This document shows positions 37,544-47,743 of a stretch of 64,000 bases of DNA, piece by piece. The translations under genes and the position numbers were made by a program. The notes below the pieces were generated by a model. The model was not told the origin of the DNA. It was given only the letters and a program-made list of their open reading frames with translations, and did no database searches. Source of the stretch: a virus (taxonomy: Duplodnaviria > Caudoviricetes); IMG/VR virus record IMGVR_UViG_3300014203_000012, positions 32,001-96,000 of that record; one strand, given 5' to 3'. The stretch's first letter is position 1, and the number at the start of each line of letters is the position of its first letter.

Positions 37544-39121
37544 TTAAATTAGTAACGTAAGTACTAGCATTTCTTCACATATTATTTCTGGCGTATGTGA
37601 ATAATCGACAGTAATGCCATTTAGATCTTCGTTGTAATAATCGATATTCTTAAACTCAGATGCTAAAATCTGAGCGATGTTTTTGAGTAGAATCTGGTCT
37701 TGAATCTTTTCGTTACGATACTTATCAACAACTTTAGGGAAATTATCAGAGATCATCATTCGCTGTAAGATTTTCTTATTTACCGTCTTCCTTGTAACAA
37801 AACGACTAATTCTGCCACCAAGAATAAATGGAAGCATAGTTTGTCCTTCACGTATTAGTTTCCGTTTAGCTGCTATCATAAGCACTAGATAGTCTCTATT
37901 GTTTATGAGTTTTACAGCTTGAGTATCACAGAAATTTCTTAAGAATAAATATGATATAAGATTGCACTGGAATTCATTCTTTAGTGGTTTCCCATCAATG
38001 GTAAGTTCTTTCCTATAGAACTCAATCTCATCTTCTGAAAACGGACCAAACTCTTGAATGATATTCCGCATTGTGGTTTCACAGTTTACATTAGTCTGAA
38101 TAAGCATAGCCTCATCTTGTTTAGCCATATGCGCTTCAAACTTATCGCTTTCACTATTGTTATCATCATCCCTGCTAGATGATGATACAGTTATCAATGC
38201 AAATTCATATGGAATATCAGTAATTTTATACTTAATATCTCGCATGATTGCATCATAATTAAAATGAATAATATTCTTGGAATATGTATATTTTGGAATT
38301 ATCTGCATGATAAGATCTTCTAAGGTATACATAGAATGTACGGTCGCGTTTCTTCCCCGTATATCTTGCATATCAAAAAGTATCATATTGTTATTGCGGC
38401 TTTTGTTTACATTTGTTGTTGTTGTTTCAAAGAGTTTAGATATCATATCTATACCATGTTTGTGTACAATCATAACAAAGATACGATCAAATGCCCTAAG
38501 TAGGATTCTTTTGATTTCAGGGGCGGGTACTTTTCTAGTATAAATATAATGTGATACCAAAGGTATAATTATATTTTGTAGCATTGATATTTCCATCAGT
38601 ATAGTTGCATGGAAATCTGTATACTCTAAACATGGATTTTTGTTATTTCGATAGGTTAAATGAATATTGTAGTTGTCCCTATTCATGCATCCTATTTTAT
38701 AATGCAATTCTGGAGACATTGTATTATCAATGATACATCTAACAATATCATTAATAAAATGATCTTCGGTATAGTTTTCTTGATAATCGATAAGATACTT
38801 TAGTTTAGCATATATAAAGAATAATATATGCTCTCTATCATAGAATTTTTCAAAGTAATTTAGATAGGTAGTATTGTGTTCTCTGAAACCAATTACTAGC
38901 TTCTCTTCCTTCATTTTAGTATCACTGTTGTAACACCGTTTAGATGACATCATAAAATAATTGATATCACTATTTTCTGGCATTCCATAGATTGGCGCTA
39001 TGTTTGCAATGATAGCTCCACGCGCATGAGCGAATATGCAATCTTCTGGTTGCATAACCCATTCATCAACTGGTACGAATTTAGGTATGATACTTCTTTC
39101 TACTATAGTTTTCAAGTACAT
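37544..39121 (-). CDS. Sigma-like promoter-specificity subunit of non-virion RNAP (phiKZ gp68 / AR9 gp226-like)
   Basis: 525 aa. LEYTDFHATILMEISMLQNIIIPLVSHY resembles the gp68-family pattern from memory. Acidic SSRDDDNNSESDKFE finger-like linker. Early promoter at 39172-39184. Lies near the chaperonin, as in AR9. Confidence 0.65.
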   Translation of the reverse strand: MYLKTIVERSIIPKFVPVDEWVMQPEDCIFAHARGAIIANIAPIYGMPENSDINYFMMSSKRCYNSDTKMKEEKLVIGFREHNTTYLNYFEKFYDREHILFFIYAKLKYLIDYQENYTEDHFINDIVRCIIDNTMSPELHYKIGCMNRDNYNIHLTYRNNKNPCLEYTDFHATILMEISMLQNIIIPLVSHYIYTRKVPAPEIKRILLRAFDRIFVMIVHKHGIDMISKLFETTTTNVNKSRNNNMILFDMQDIRGRNATVHSMYTLEDLIMQIIPKYTYSKNIIHFNYDAIMRDIKYKITDIPYEFALITVSSSSRDDDNNSESDKFEAHMAKQDEAMLIQTNVNCETTMRNIIQEFGPFSEDEIEFYRKELTIDGKPLKNEFQCNLISYLFLRNFCDTQAVKLINNRDYLVLMIAAKRKLIREGQTMLPFILGGRISRFVTRKTVNKKILQRMMISDNFPKVVDKYRNEKIQDQILLKNIAQILASEFKNIDYYNEDLNGITVDYSHTPEIICEEMLVLTLLI

Positions 39122-39186
39122 TTCCCCCTAATCTCCATCAAAAATTATTATATTATATATTTCACCTCATAGATATAATATATAAT

Positions 39187-39975
39187 CTACTTTCTTTTTG
39201 TCGTTTTAGTATGAGCAACAGTTTTATTAGTAGTTGTTTTCTTTACCATACTATGTGTGTTGACAACAGTAGTTTTTGATATGCCCTTAGTACTCCGGTT
39301 CCCACCAATTGATGGAATATTAGGTTTATAACCAGTAGGATTTTTTTTCTTCTTTTCTTCTTTAGCTTTCTGTTCTCCCTGTAATTGTCGAGCTTCTACC
39401 TTTTTATCTGCATCTTCAACGAAAGCCAATAGGTCTTTCTTTACATATGGGACACTTTCTGCTAACCATACAACCTTTTTGTCTAAACCTTTTAGTTGTA
39501 TAAATATGTATGCGAAATAGATCGTTTTTACATAACCTATAACGTTTTTAGGATTTCTAATATCCGCCTTTTCAGTTAATGCCCTTTTACTCATCTTAGG
39601 CATTAAGTCTTCTATAAATAATTTATTCTTGGCAAATGAATATGCATGGGTAAATACGAAAGCTGGATCGTTAGAGAAGAATTTAACTTCGTAGTTTTTT
39701 AAAGTATTCTCAGCTTCAATCGCTATATTGCTTGCTGTGAATTCAATAACGACGTCATAGTAAAATTTGGCAATTATTTCCGAAGGAATTTTAAAGTGCA
39801 TGATATATCTTCTGTCGGTATCTTTATATAATCGATAGTTGATCTTACCTGCATCTCTCACTATCAGAGCATCAAACTTCTTTGTATAAACTTCTTTAAA
39901 TATACTTCTTTGGCTAAACACCGCATTGTTTTTACCCATAGGGTTTTTGATATATTCATCTAAAGTCATTACCAT
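39187..39975 (-). CDS. Conserved-type jumbo phage protein with a basic tail
   Basis: IPSE...YDVVIEF...FSNDPAFVFTHAY...RNP (degenerate SWIM-like layout); Lys/Thr-rich C-terminus. Confidence 0.55.
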   Translation of the reverse strand: MVMTLDEYIKNPMGKNNAVFSQRSIFKEVYTKKFDALIVRDAGKINYRLYKDTDRRYIMHFKIPSEIIAKFYYDVVIEFTASNIAIEAENTLKNYEVKFFSNDPAFVFTHAYSFAKNKLFIEDLMPKMSKRALTEKADIRNPKNVIGYVKTIYFAYIFIQLKGLDKKVVWLAESVPYVKKDLLAFVEDADKKVEARQLQGEQKAKEEKKKKNPTGYKPNIPSIGGNRSTKGISKTTVVNTHSMVKKTTTNKTVAHTKTTKRK

Positions 39976-40121
39976 ATCCGTCGCCTCACATGGTATGGTT
40001 TAATTTTCCTCGATTTACCATTTTTTTTACCATCATCATACTTGGCAAGGGTTATACCTATAATTATAGATATAACCATAGCTATTATAAATACAATCAA
40101 AAATATAATTTTCCCACCCAT
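39969..40121 (-). CDS. Small single-TM protein (50 aa, not in the ORF track)
   Basis: MGGKIIFLIVFIIAMVISIIIGITLAKYDDGKK...; AAGGAG RBS. Confidence 0.55.
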   Translation of the reverse strand: MGGKIIFLIVFIIAMVISIIIGITLAKYDDGKKNGKSRKIKPYHVRRRIW

Positions 40122-40225
40122 TCTCTATTCTCCTTTTTAAGTAAAATAGACAAAATATTAAGGCTACGGAACTCCGTAGCCTTAATATAATTCTTTTATT
40201 AAAATGTAGTAGATTATATAACTTT

Positions 40226-41977
40226 TTATTCCGGTGTGATATAAACATTATATTCTGGAGCTTCACACAGGTATTGGTTTGTACTAAAAACCATACCGAT
40301 GATCGTAGCGATAGCATCTAAAATAATCTGTTCAGATTTGATGGAACTTAAAACATCACCATCAAATTTTTCAGTTCTGATATTGAATGGGCAGCCATTC
40401 AATAGGCATTGCAATGCCAAATCAATAGACACTGCTTTATTTCCATTACAATGTACCAAGTATAACTGAGAAATAAGTTCAACGTATGCTTGATTAAGAA
40501 CTGAATATATATTGAATACTTCTCCACTTTTTAATTTCTCAAGATCCTCTTCTGTATAATCTTTAGTGGCTTCTCTTTCAAGTTGATTAAATGCTCTGAA
40601 CCCTTCAAAGTTGGCACCAAAACCATAACCATCTACAGCCGAGCTTCGGCAATTTAAAACTGCATCTTCGACAAGATCTTTTACTGCATCACGATCCGTC
40701 ATAGAAATACCACCAACAAGATAATCAACCATATTAGCTTTAAGAGAATTAATACGTCTCTTTAGGACGCCAATCTTTGTGATCTCTTCTTTGGTTTGTT
40801 CATAATTTTCCAAAGTTGCATTAAGACCGTCAAGAAGAGAATTATAAATATCACTTTTAGTCCCATCTTCATTATTCATGAGTTTTGGATTGACAACTTT
40901 AGTTTTCATGTTGTCAGACTCGATAAGTTCAGCAGAACCTGCGAAATCATGAATGTTTTCAGGTGTAGCAGCTAATCCTGTAGCTACATCCATTGCTTGG
41001 ATTTTAGGATCTATGTATTTCTTGATTAGTTTTGCTCCGCTTAGTTTAGCTAAATCCATAAGTAGATCACCTTTATTGATATTAGTAACAATAGAAACAG
41101 GTGGACGGTTTTCTGGAGCTGTAGCCGATAATTGTTTAATCATTTCATCGATTGTTGCATCCATGTCATTACTTATCATAGGGCAGAAAATAACGGTAGG
41201 AACGACTGCTTCATATTGTTTTTGTTGCCGTTGCAGTGGTTCGAAAATATTGTCATACATGATTTTATCCAAGAACATACGCATTTCTGGAGTATCGATA
41301 GGATGCTCGAAGACGTATATTTTTGGATTGCGGATAGAAGATACTTTTCTTTTACCGTCATTGATAAAGGCAGGGTCTGAATACCCGCTATCGAATGTTA
41401 AACCATCATAAATCTTTAGGATATTATTAACGGAATTTGAAATACCGACATCGATAAATACATCCATGCCATGATCGGCATAAATATTTTTAATATTGGT
41501 AGATACTTCTTCATTCCCATTAGTGGAGATCATAGCAATACGATAAATATCATCAAGAGTTGTTTCTTTCTTATTGCTCTGGATAATAACGATTGCTTCA
41601 GCAATTGCCTTTTTAAGATGTTTAATCAGCTCATTATCCGAAATACCATATCGTTTACTAGCATCTACTAGCATATTAAAGACTAGAAACGAAAGAATAA
41701 TAGCAGATGTTGTTCCGTCACCAACAGTAGTAACAATTCTACGGGTAATATCTTCAAGATCGTCCCGCATTGTAAATTCGATAGGCTTGTTGAATTTAAT
41801 TGCGCTTAGAATAGTATGTCCATCCTTAGAATACCGTGTCAGTCTATCCTTATCACGAATAGCAGTGACAGAACCAGTTGGACCGTACGAGCACAATAGG
41901 GCATTTGCGATAATTGATAGTGCGTTACTTTGAGCTTCTCTTACCTTTTCTTTTGGAACGATATTTGTATAAACCAT
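40226..41977 (-). CDS. groEL: Phage chaperonin (GroEL-like)
   Basis: SYGPTG, SKDGHTIL, VGDGTTSA, AMISTNG, VEDAV; 583 aa. Confidence 0.92.
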   Translation of the reverse strand: MVYTNIVPKEKVREAQSNALSIIANALLCSYGPTGSVTAIRDKDRLTRYSKDGHTILSAIKFNKPIEFTMRDDLEDITRRIVTTVGDGTTSAIILSFLVFNMLVDASKRYGISDNELIKHLKKAIAEAIVIIQSNKKETTLDDIYRIAMISTNGNEEVSTNIKNIYADHGMDVFIDVGISNSVNNILKIYDGLTFDSGYSDPAFINDGKRKVSSIRNPKIYVFEHPIDTPEMRMFLDKIMYDNIFEPLQRQQKQYEAVVPTVIFCPMISNDMDATIDEMIKQLSATAPENRPPVSIVTNINKGDLLMDLAKLSGAKLIKKYIDPKIQAMDVATGLAATPENIHDFAGSAELIESDNMKTKVVNPKLMNNEDGTKSDIYNSLLDGLNATLENYEQTKEEITKIGVLKRRINSLKANMVDYLVGGISMTDRDAVKDLVEDAVLNCRSSAVDGYGFGANFEGFRAFNQLEREATKDYTEEDLEKLKSGEVFNIYSVLNQAYVELISQLYLVHCNGNKAVSIDLALQCLLNGCPFNIRTEKFDGDVLSSIKSEQIILDAIATIIGMVFSTNQYLCEAPEYNVYITPE

Positions 41978-41980
41978 TTT

Positions 41981-42628
41981 TCATTCTCCCCCTATTTTTG
42001 CTAATGTTATTCCTACATATGGATCTACAGTACGTATCTTATTAGAACCTGAAACGACTAATATAATTTTCTTTGGCAAACCAGTAGCAATATCAATATT
42101 ATGCATATAATTTGATAAGAAGATATATTTTCCGCCCATATTCTTATATCGTAGTACGTCATCCACATATTTTAAAAATAAACAATCATAGTTAGACATA
42201 TCGGTTTCATCTATTAAAACCGTAATTGAACTATCCAGTTTATTAATATATTGTTTTTGCAATTGATTTTTACAACTAATATTGCAGTTAATAATCCCAT
42301 CTGATGATTGCAACGTCTTGATAAACTTTAAGATATCATTAGGCTTGGAATGGGTTAAAACTTCTTCCATATAATTCTTCTCTATATCTTTTAGCATATC
42401 ATCCGCACTACCAAGATATTCTTCTTTAAGTAATATTGTAATAGGATTGTTATCAACTCTAGCCAATAATAAATTCTTTTTTACATTCTCACTACTGGCA
42501 TTGACCACGTACTGATTGAAATAAACTGATTTTTTATACTTATCAATCATATAGTTTATAATACCAAGTTCAATATCGACTACAGTTTCAAACGTTAATA
42601 GATTAGAGTAAGAGTACGTTGCATCCAT
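41981..42628 (-). CDS. Hypothetical protein
   Basis: 215 aa, GGGGGA RBS. Confidence 0.65.
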   Translation of the reverse strand: MDATYSYSNLLTFETVVDIELGIINYMIDKYKKSVYFNQYVVNASSENVKKNLLLARVDNNPITILLKEEYLGSADDMLKDIEKNYMEEVLTHSKPNDILKFIKTLQSSDGIINCNISCKNQLQKQYINKLDSSITVLIDETDMSNYDCLFLKYVDDVLRYKNMGGKYIFLSNYMHNIDIATGLPKKIILVVSGSNKIRTVDPYVGITLAKIGGE

Positions 42629-42694
42629 TTGCGCATCCCCCTTTAATTTAAAAGTATGGACGTATCTGTTTAAGATACGTCCACATATTTTCCA

Positions 42695-43474
42695 TTAATC
42701 TTCTGAGTCGTTCATAATTGAGTCAATAGTATTTGTTTTACTATTATTACTAGCTCCTGATTTGTTAGCGAAATAACTAGAACCGCCACTCTTAGCAGCT
42801 TTTTGGCTATATAACTCAACACCAACACCAGATGCGATTTTATTTAAAGATTCATCAATACGATTCTGTGACCATGACATATTATCAACAACACTGAATG
42901 CCACAGCTCCAGTCATTGCATTGTAATAACTTTCAAGCATTGTGATAAATTGTAATAACTCAAGATTTTTAAACGAATCATAATCACTTGAAAACTCTCC
43001 TGTTTTTTCATCAAACTTTTCAATAGCGCAATGATAGTTACGTTTGAATTCATATGCATATGAACTTTCTACCTGTCCAGCTTCATTAATTTTGCGAATA
43101 ACAATGCATGGAGCAGATTTACCGAATTCCTCACCAGTTGAAATTGTGATTAGACCCTGACCTGCATTTGTACCACGCTGGTTGAAGGTCTTGGGTGATT
43201 TTAAGAATCCTTTAAGAGTTTCAGCAAAAATACGAGCTTTAGAATGATTCAAATAGATTAATGCTGCACCTTTACGGTCCCAACTAGGATTTTCACTTTT
43301 ATCATTTTCAATTCTAGGGGCTATAGCAATTTTAAGTGTGCCTTTCCACATTGAGAATGATAGATTTGTTACATCAATTTCACTTTCTGTATTACTCATT
43401 GAATATCCATAAACTGATGGACGATATACCTCTTTTTCGTTATTATTATTATAAGTATTTTGCCCTAATGCCAT
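42695..43474 (-). CDS. Putative single-stranded DNA-binding protein
   Basis: Beta-rich core, flexible G/S/N linker and acidic tail (MNDSED); TACA-N6-TA at 43512-43523. Confidence 0.45.
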   Translation of the reverse strand: MALGQNTYNNNNEKEVYRPSVYGYSMSNTESEIDVTNLSFSMWKGTLKIAIAPRIENDKSENPSWDRKGAALIYLNHSKARIFAETLKGFLKSPKTFNQRGTNAGQGLITISTGEEFGKSAPCIVIRKINEAGQVESSYAYEFKRNYHCAIEKFDEKTGEFSSDYDSFKNLELLQFITMLESYYNAMTGAVAFSVVDNMSWSQNRIDESLNKIASGVGVELYSQKAAKSGGSSYFANKSGASNNSKTNTIDSIMNDSED

Positions 43475-43577
43475 TATGACATCCCCCTTTTTATATTTTA
43501 TTTATATTGATTATAGAAATGTATGCGTCTGAATCAAAAGCTATATGGAGCATAGCCTCAGCTATGCTCCATATAAG

Positions 43578-44726
43578 TTAATTATCAAAGCCATAATTTA
43601 CGTAAAGGCGAGTCTTATTTTGATAGATTTTATTTTTGGAGATAGTGCCGCGAAGAACATTGTATTTATTATATAAGTCAGCCCATCTTTTATAAGTTAC
43701 CTTATCCATTTCTTCAGAAGATAGATAATCGTCAATTACTGACATACGAGAATTAATTTGATGAAGCAGTAATACTGCATCTTCTTGAGTTTCCATATTA
43801 TTCACATTAAACTCAATTTCAAAATAATCATCATCATATTTAGAAATACCATTAATCTTCATCTGTTTTGCATTACGCTTAAATACCTGAATGATATCAT
43901 CGACAAAACTTTCTGTTAATAAAACATCATCATCGATTCTTTCTAATCGGCGAATGATATTGGTAAACTCTTTACGTTCAAGAACTGACGCGGTAATTTC
44001 AATACCTCTAGTCAGAGAATGTATCGCTGCAATACGATTACTTAGAACGTCTTTATATAACCGCATTACCCAAGATAATACAACAATCTTATTATCGATG
44101 GAATGATTTACATTATATCCATTGCTTGCTATTTTACTCATTGCACTAGTTAGAAGATCAGAATTACCACAATCAATATCAAACTGATCTATGATCTTAT
44201 CTTCCTCTGCTTCAAATATAGAAGTTACTTTTCTTAAAGCGTCTCTAATACCGTATGAAAGAATTTCTATATAATGAATAGATTCGGTTAGTTTAATAGT
44301 TTCATTACGTTGCAGAAGATAATCATCAATATTATTTTTTACAATTTCCATAGGATTGGCATCGGTAATTAAATGACCAACTTCATGCATGATAATAGCT
44401 GCAATTTCACTATAACTTAAAGCCATCGCCTCGTCAAATAGTTTAGAGTCTAGTTCAAGATAATACTCAGTAATCATATATTTATCATCATTTTGAACTA
44501 TTCCAATAATGCTTTTTGCAGGTATGATAGGCATAACACATACACCGAAAAACATTTTATCAGTATTTTCGGTATATATTACTTGCTTACACCCTCCAGA
44601 TCCAAATAATCTATTTATTGAATCTCTAACTTCAATAAAAGTATATGAATCTTTCTTTGCGATAAGAGTTCGTATTGCTGCCTGGAAATCAAGAATATCA
44701 TTTTCTAATTTTTCACTAAGAGCCAT
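43578..44726 (-). CDS. Head-cluster protein with HExxH motif
   Basis: IIMHEVGH, an LLTES processing-like site, downstream of the major capsid gene. Confidence 0.55.
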   Translation of the reverse strand: MALSEKLENDILDFQAAIRTLIAKKDSYTFIEVRDSINRLFGSGGCKQVIYTENTDKMFFGVCVMPIIPAKSIIGIVQNDDKYMITEYYLELDSKLFDEAMALSYSEIAAIIMHEVGHLITDANPMEIVKNNIDDYLLQRNETIKLTESIHYIEILSYGIRDALRKVTSIFEAEEDKIIDQFDIDCGNSDLLTSAMSKIASNGYNVNHSIDNKIVVLSWVMRLYKDVLSNRIAAIHSLTRGIEITASVLERKEFTNIIRRLERIDDDVLLTESFVDDIIQVFKRNAKQMKINGISKYDDDYFEIEFNVNNMETQEDAVLLLHQINSRMSVIDDYLSSEEMDKVTYKRWADLYNKYNVLRGTISKNKIYQNKTRLYVNYGFDN

Positions 44727-44797
44727 TAATTGCACCTCCTATTTAAATATAAAAGATATAGACCTACAGATATACTGTAGGTCTATATCTATTTTAA

Positions 44798-46606
44798 TTA
44801 TACGTGTGGATAAGTTACACCGTTTGCAGTGTAATCATTTGCAGCATTAACACCAATTGGATCTGGGTTAGTGATATCTTCCCGAAGACCAGTTGGGTTC
44901 ATGATTTGGATACGCCCTTGTACAGCTTGATACTGTAAGAACATCCAGCGTTCGAAGCAAGTAATACCAGGAAGCTGGTAATTAACTGTGTCACGAATTT
45001 CATTGGAAATATACATTTGATAATCAATGATTTTGTACATAATCCTTTGAGTATTACGTGGGCAGAGAATTACAATCAGATTGTTATTATCGCGCATCTT
45101 CTGACTGGAGATGAATTGATAGATACGTTTCTCGCCAGTAACAATGGTCTTTTTGTAGTCAAGCTCAATAGGACCAATGCTTGATGGAGTAGAATAAGTA
45201 TATTCGCGAGGAGTGATTTTCTTAATCAATTCAGGACGACCGAATACTGTAATTGACATGTTCTCATCATTCAAGACTTGTAGCATGTACGTTACTTGAG
45301 TATCAAGATAATCCATGAAAGTTTCTTGTCTCCATGATACATGGGAAGCCATGTAAGAACCTTGAGGAGGCACGAAGTCAAATGCTCCAGCAACCTTTTG
45401 ATTTGAAGGTAAGCCCAAGAATGATTTGTCCAATTCATCATGAATTGTATCATCTTTGTAATGCATTAATGCCAAACGCATCTGGCTCATAATTTTTGTG
45501 ATTTGATTTACATTATAAAGTGCAGTAACATCTTTTACTTCTTCAGGGGACACAGTCGTAGTGATATGTGGAGCCTCTGGAATTTCAAACATGTCTGTAC
45601 GTGCACTCCATTTAGTACGGCAAGTCTTGAATGCAGCAGATGATACATCAACTACAGCATGAAGTCTTACAGCCTTTACGTCAGCTGCATTCATACAAGT
45701 AATCATGAATTTATTTTTCTTCATGTAACCGCTGATGATACCCTTAACTGTTTTGTTGGTGGTAGCGTCAGTTTTTGCAATAACTGTAAATGAAGCCATG
45801 ATAGAACGATCAAATTCGCCATAAGATGGAACGAATTTCATTTCGCCTACATTGAATAATACTGGTTTAACACCGGCTGTTTCAGCAGGAATTATTGCTT
45901 TAGTGGTTGTATCATAATAGCTTGCGCCGATAGCAACATAACTATCAACAAGAATTCCAGTAATACAAGTCTTAATACTTAACGCAGCATCAACAGAATT
46001 GACTCCGAATTCAGTGCTAAGAATATCAAGAGTTTCGTTTTCTGGAAGAGTAATAATAAGATCTTTTGAAGGTACGCTATTTTTGATAGCATCCTTAATC
46101 TTATATTGCTCCAAATACATATCGATCTCTTCGCCGTCTGGAGTGACAAGTGTACGAGTTTCCATAGTCAAAGTGAACTTAGGAGAACGGGCAACGTCCT
46201 TAGGCATTGATTGATCGAACACCGCATTCATCAATAAATTTTTATGCATTGGAAAAGTGATACCAATCATTGGATTGAACGCTCCAAGTGAAGCGGACTC
46301 CATTACACCTTTACGGTCATTGGTATATAATTCAGACATATCTTCTTCGAGTTGTGCAACGTCTTCGATGTCTTGATACCGAGGATCGGCAGGATCATAG
46401 GATTCCTTAAGGAAAAGTTTTCTCATTTCATCATTTGTGGAATTCTTTTGGAAAAACTGGGATGGAGCATCATATACACTAATCCCCGATTCCGTAACAC
46501 AACTTTTTGCAAGATCAAGGAACTGTTCTGCTAATTTATGCATTGGGTCTTTTCTATAACCTCTGGATGTAGCCAAAGGATTTTCGCGCGTACCTACAGC
46601 TGGCAT
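44798..46606 (-). CDS. Major capsid protein precursor
   Basis: 602 aa. Propeptide ending VMES; AGGAGG RBS; late promoter at 46676-46687; strong terminator at ~44754-44790. HK97/T4-gp23-like C-terminal pattern. Confidence 0.8.
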   Translation of the reverse strand: MPAVGTRENPLATSRGYRKDPMHKLAEQFLDLAKSCVTESGISVYDAPSQFFQKNSTNDEMRKLFLKESYDPADPRYQDIEDVAQLEEDMSELYTNDRKGVMESASLGAFNPMIGITFPMHKNLLMNAVFDQSMPKDVARSPKFTLTMETRTLVTPDGEEIDMYLEQYKIKDAIKNSVPSKDLIITLPENETLDILSTEFGVNSVDAALSIKTCITGILVDSYVAIGASYYDTTTKAIIPAETAGVKPVLFNVGEMKFVPSYGEFDRSIMASFTVIAKTDATTNKTVKGIISGYMKKNKFMITCMNAADVKAVRLHAVVDVSSAAFKTCRTKWSARTDMFEIPEAPHITTTVSPEEVKDVTALYNVNQITKIMSQMRLALMHYKDDTIHDELDKSFLGLPSNQKVAGAFDFVPPQGSYMASHVSWRQETFMDYLDTQVTYMLQVLNDENMSITVFGRPELIKKITPREYTYSTPSSIGPIELDYKKTIVTGEKRIYQFISSQKMRDNNNLIVILCPRNTQRIMYKIIDYQMYISNEIRDTVNYQLPGITCFERWMFLQYQAVQGRIQIMNPTGLREDITNPDPIGVNAANDYTANGVTYPHV

Positions 46607-46716
46607 AATTTATTTCCTCCTTAATGAAAATTATTATTTAACTTATTATATTTAACCTAATCAGGTTTAAATATTTACTATATTGTTGTATTTGGCAAAT
46701 ACTATTCAATTAAAAA

Positions 46717-47727
46717 TTATTTCTTGTTTTTACCCAATTCCTCCATAATATTGGTAAGGGTAGCGAAGATTGCCATATGCCTTTGAAGTATTATTTGATT
46801 CTCCACGTAGCTTCTAGTGTCATATGACTGAATAAGAGAGTCTCTTACTAGGTCCTTTAACTCCAAAAGCTTGCGTGTAACAAATTCGATGGGTCTGATA
46901 TTGTCTTCGATTCTATTTACTTTAGAGAGACGATCTATCACTTTTTCTACATTTCCATAGAGAGTAACAAACTGAGTTTTCAAATCGGTTTGTTTAATAG
47001 CTATCTGTTCTGGAGACATATCAGAGAATAAATCCGTTTCTAATTGTTTTATTTCGTCATCGGTCATACTTCCGGCAGAAGCATCATCCCCATCAGTTGC
47101 GTCGGTTCCATCGCCAGTTGCATCGTCGTCTTCGGGGGAGTCGGAAGTATAATCTGGAGATGAGCCATCATCATCTTCTGCTCCATCACCAGCAGCATCT
47201 GCATCGTCTCCAGTATCTGCCCCATCGGTTGCCCCATTATTAGTATCTGCTGCGGCTGGAGCTGTGTCAGCGGTCGTATCAGTATCATCATTTGCTTCTG
47301 GAGCGTCTGCAGTATAATCTGGCGTGGCATCGTCGTCTTCAGTTGATGTATCATCTGTTCCAGTATCAGGTGTTGTATCTTCTGGTGTGGCGCCGTCATC
47401 TGGAACGTCGTCGGTATCATCTGGTTTGTCTGCAGTATAATCTGGCGTGTCATCACCATCGTCCGGTGGAGTATTATCGTCGGATGCTGTTGCAGTTGGC
47501 TCTGTATCTTCAGGATCTGGGTTATCATCTGTGTAATTTGGAGCTGGATCATTATCCACAGTATCCACCGCAGCAGGTGGCGTTTCAACATCGTCTGCAG
47601 GCTTGGTATCTTCAGGATCTGGTTTGTCCGCAGTATAATCAGTTGCATTCTTTTTATCATCATCGTCATCTAATGATTTTCCATTAGCGATAATTTCTTC
47701 ATTTAATATAAACCTATTAAAATCCAT
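46717..47727 (-). CDS. Acidic low-complexity protein with C-terminal helical domain (scaffold-like)
   Basis: Asp/Thr/Pro-rich, with five (P/T)(D/N)YT(A/D/S)DxP repeats; directly upstream of the major capsid gene. Confidence 0.55.
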   Translation of the reverse strand: MDFNRFILNEEIIANGKSLDDDDDKKNATDYTADKPDPEDTKPADDVETPPAAVDTVDNDPAPNYTDDNPDPEDTEPTATASDDNTPPDDGDDTPDYTADKPDDTDDVPDDGATPEDTTPDTGTDDTSTEDDDATPDYTADAPEANDDTDTTADTAPAAADTNNGATDGADTGDDADAAGDGAEDDDGSSPDYTSDSPEDDDATGDGTDATDGDDASAGSMTDDEIKQLETDLFSDMSPEQIAIKQTDLKTQFVTLYGNVEKVIDRLSKVNRIEDNIRPIEFVTRKLLELKDLVRDSLIQSYDTRSYVENQIILQRHMAIFATLTNIMEELGKNKK

Positions 47728-47743
47728 GTTGTATTCCTCCCCT

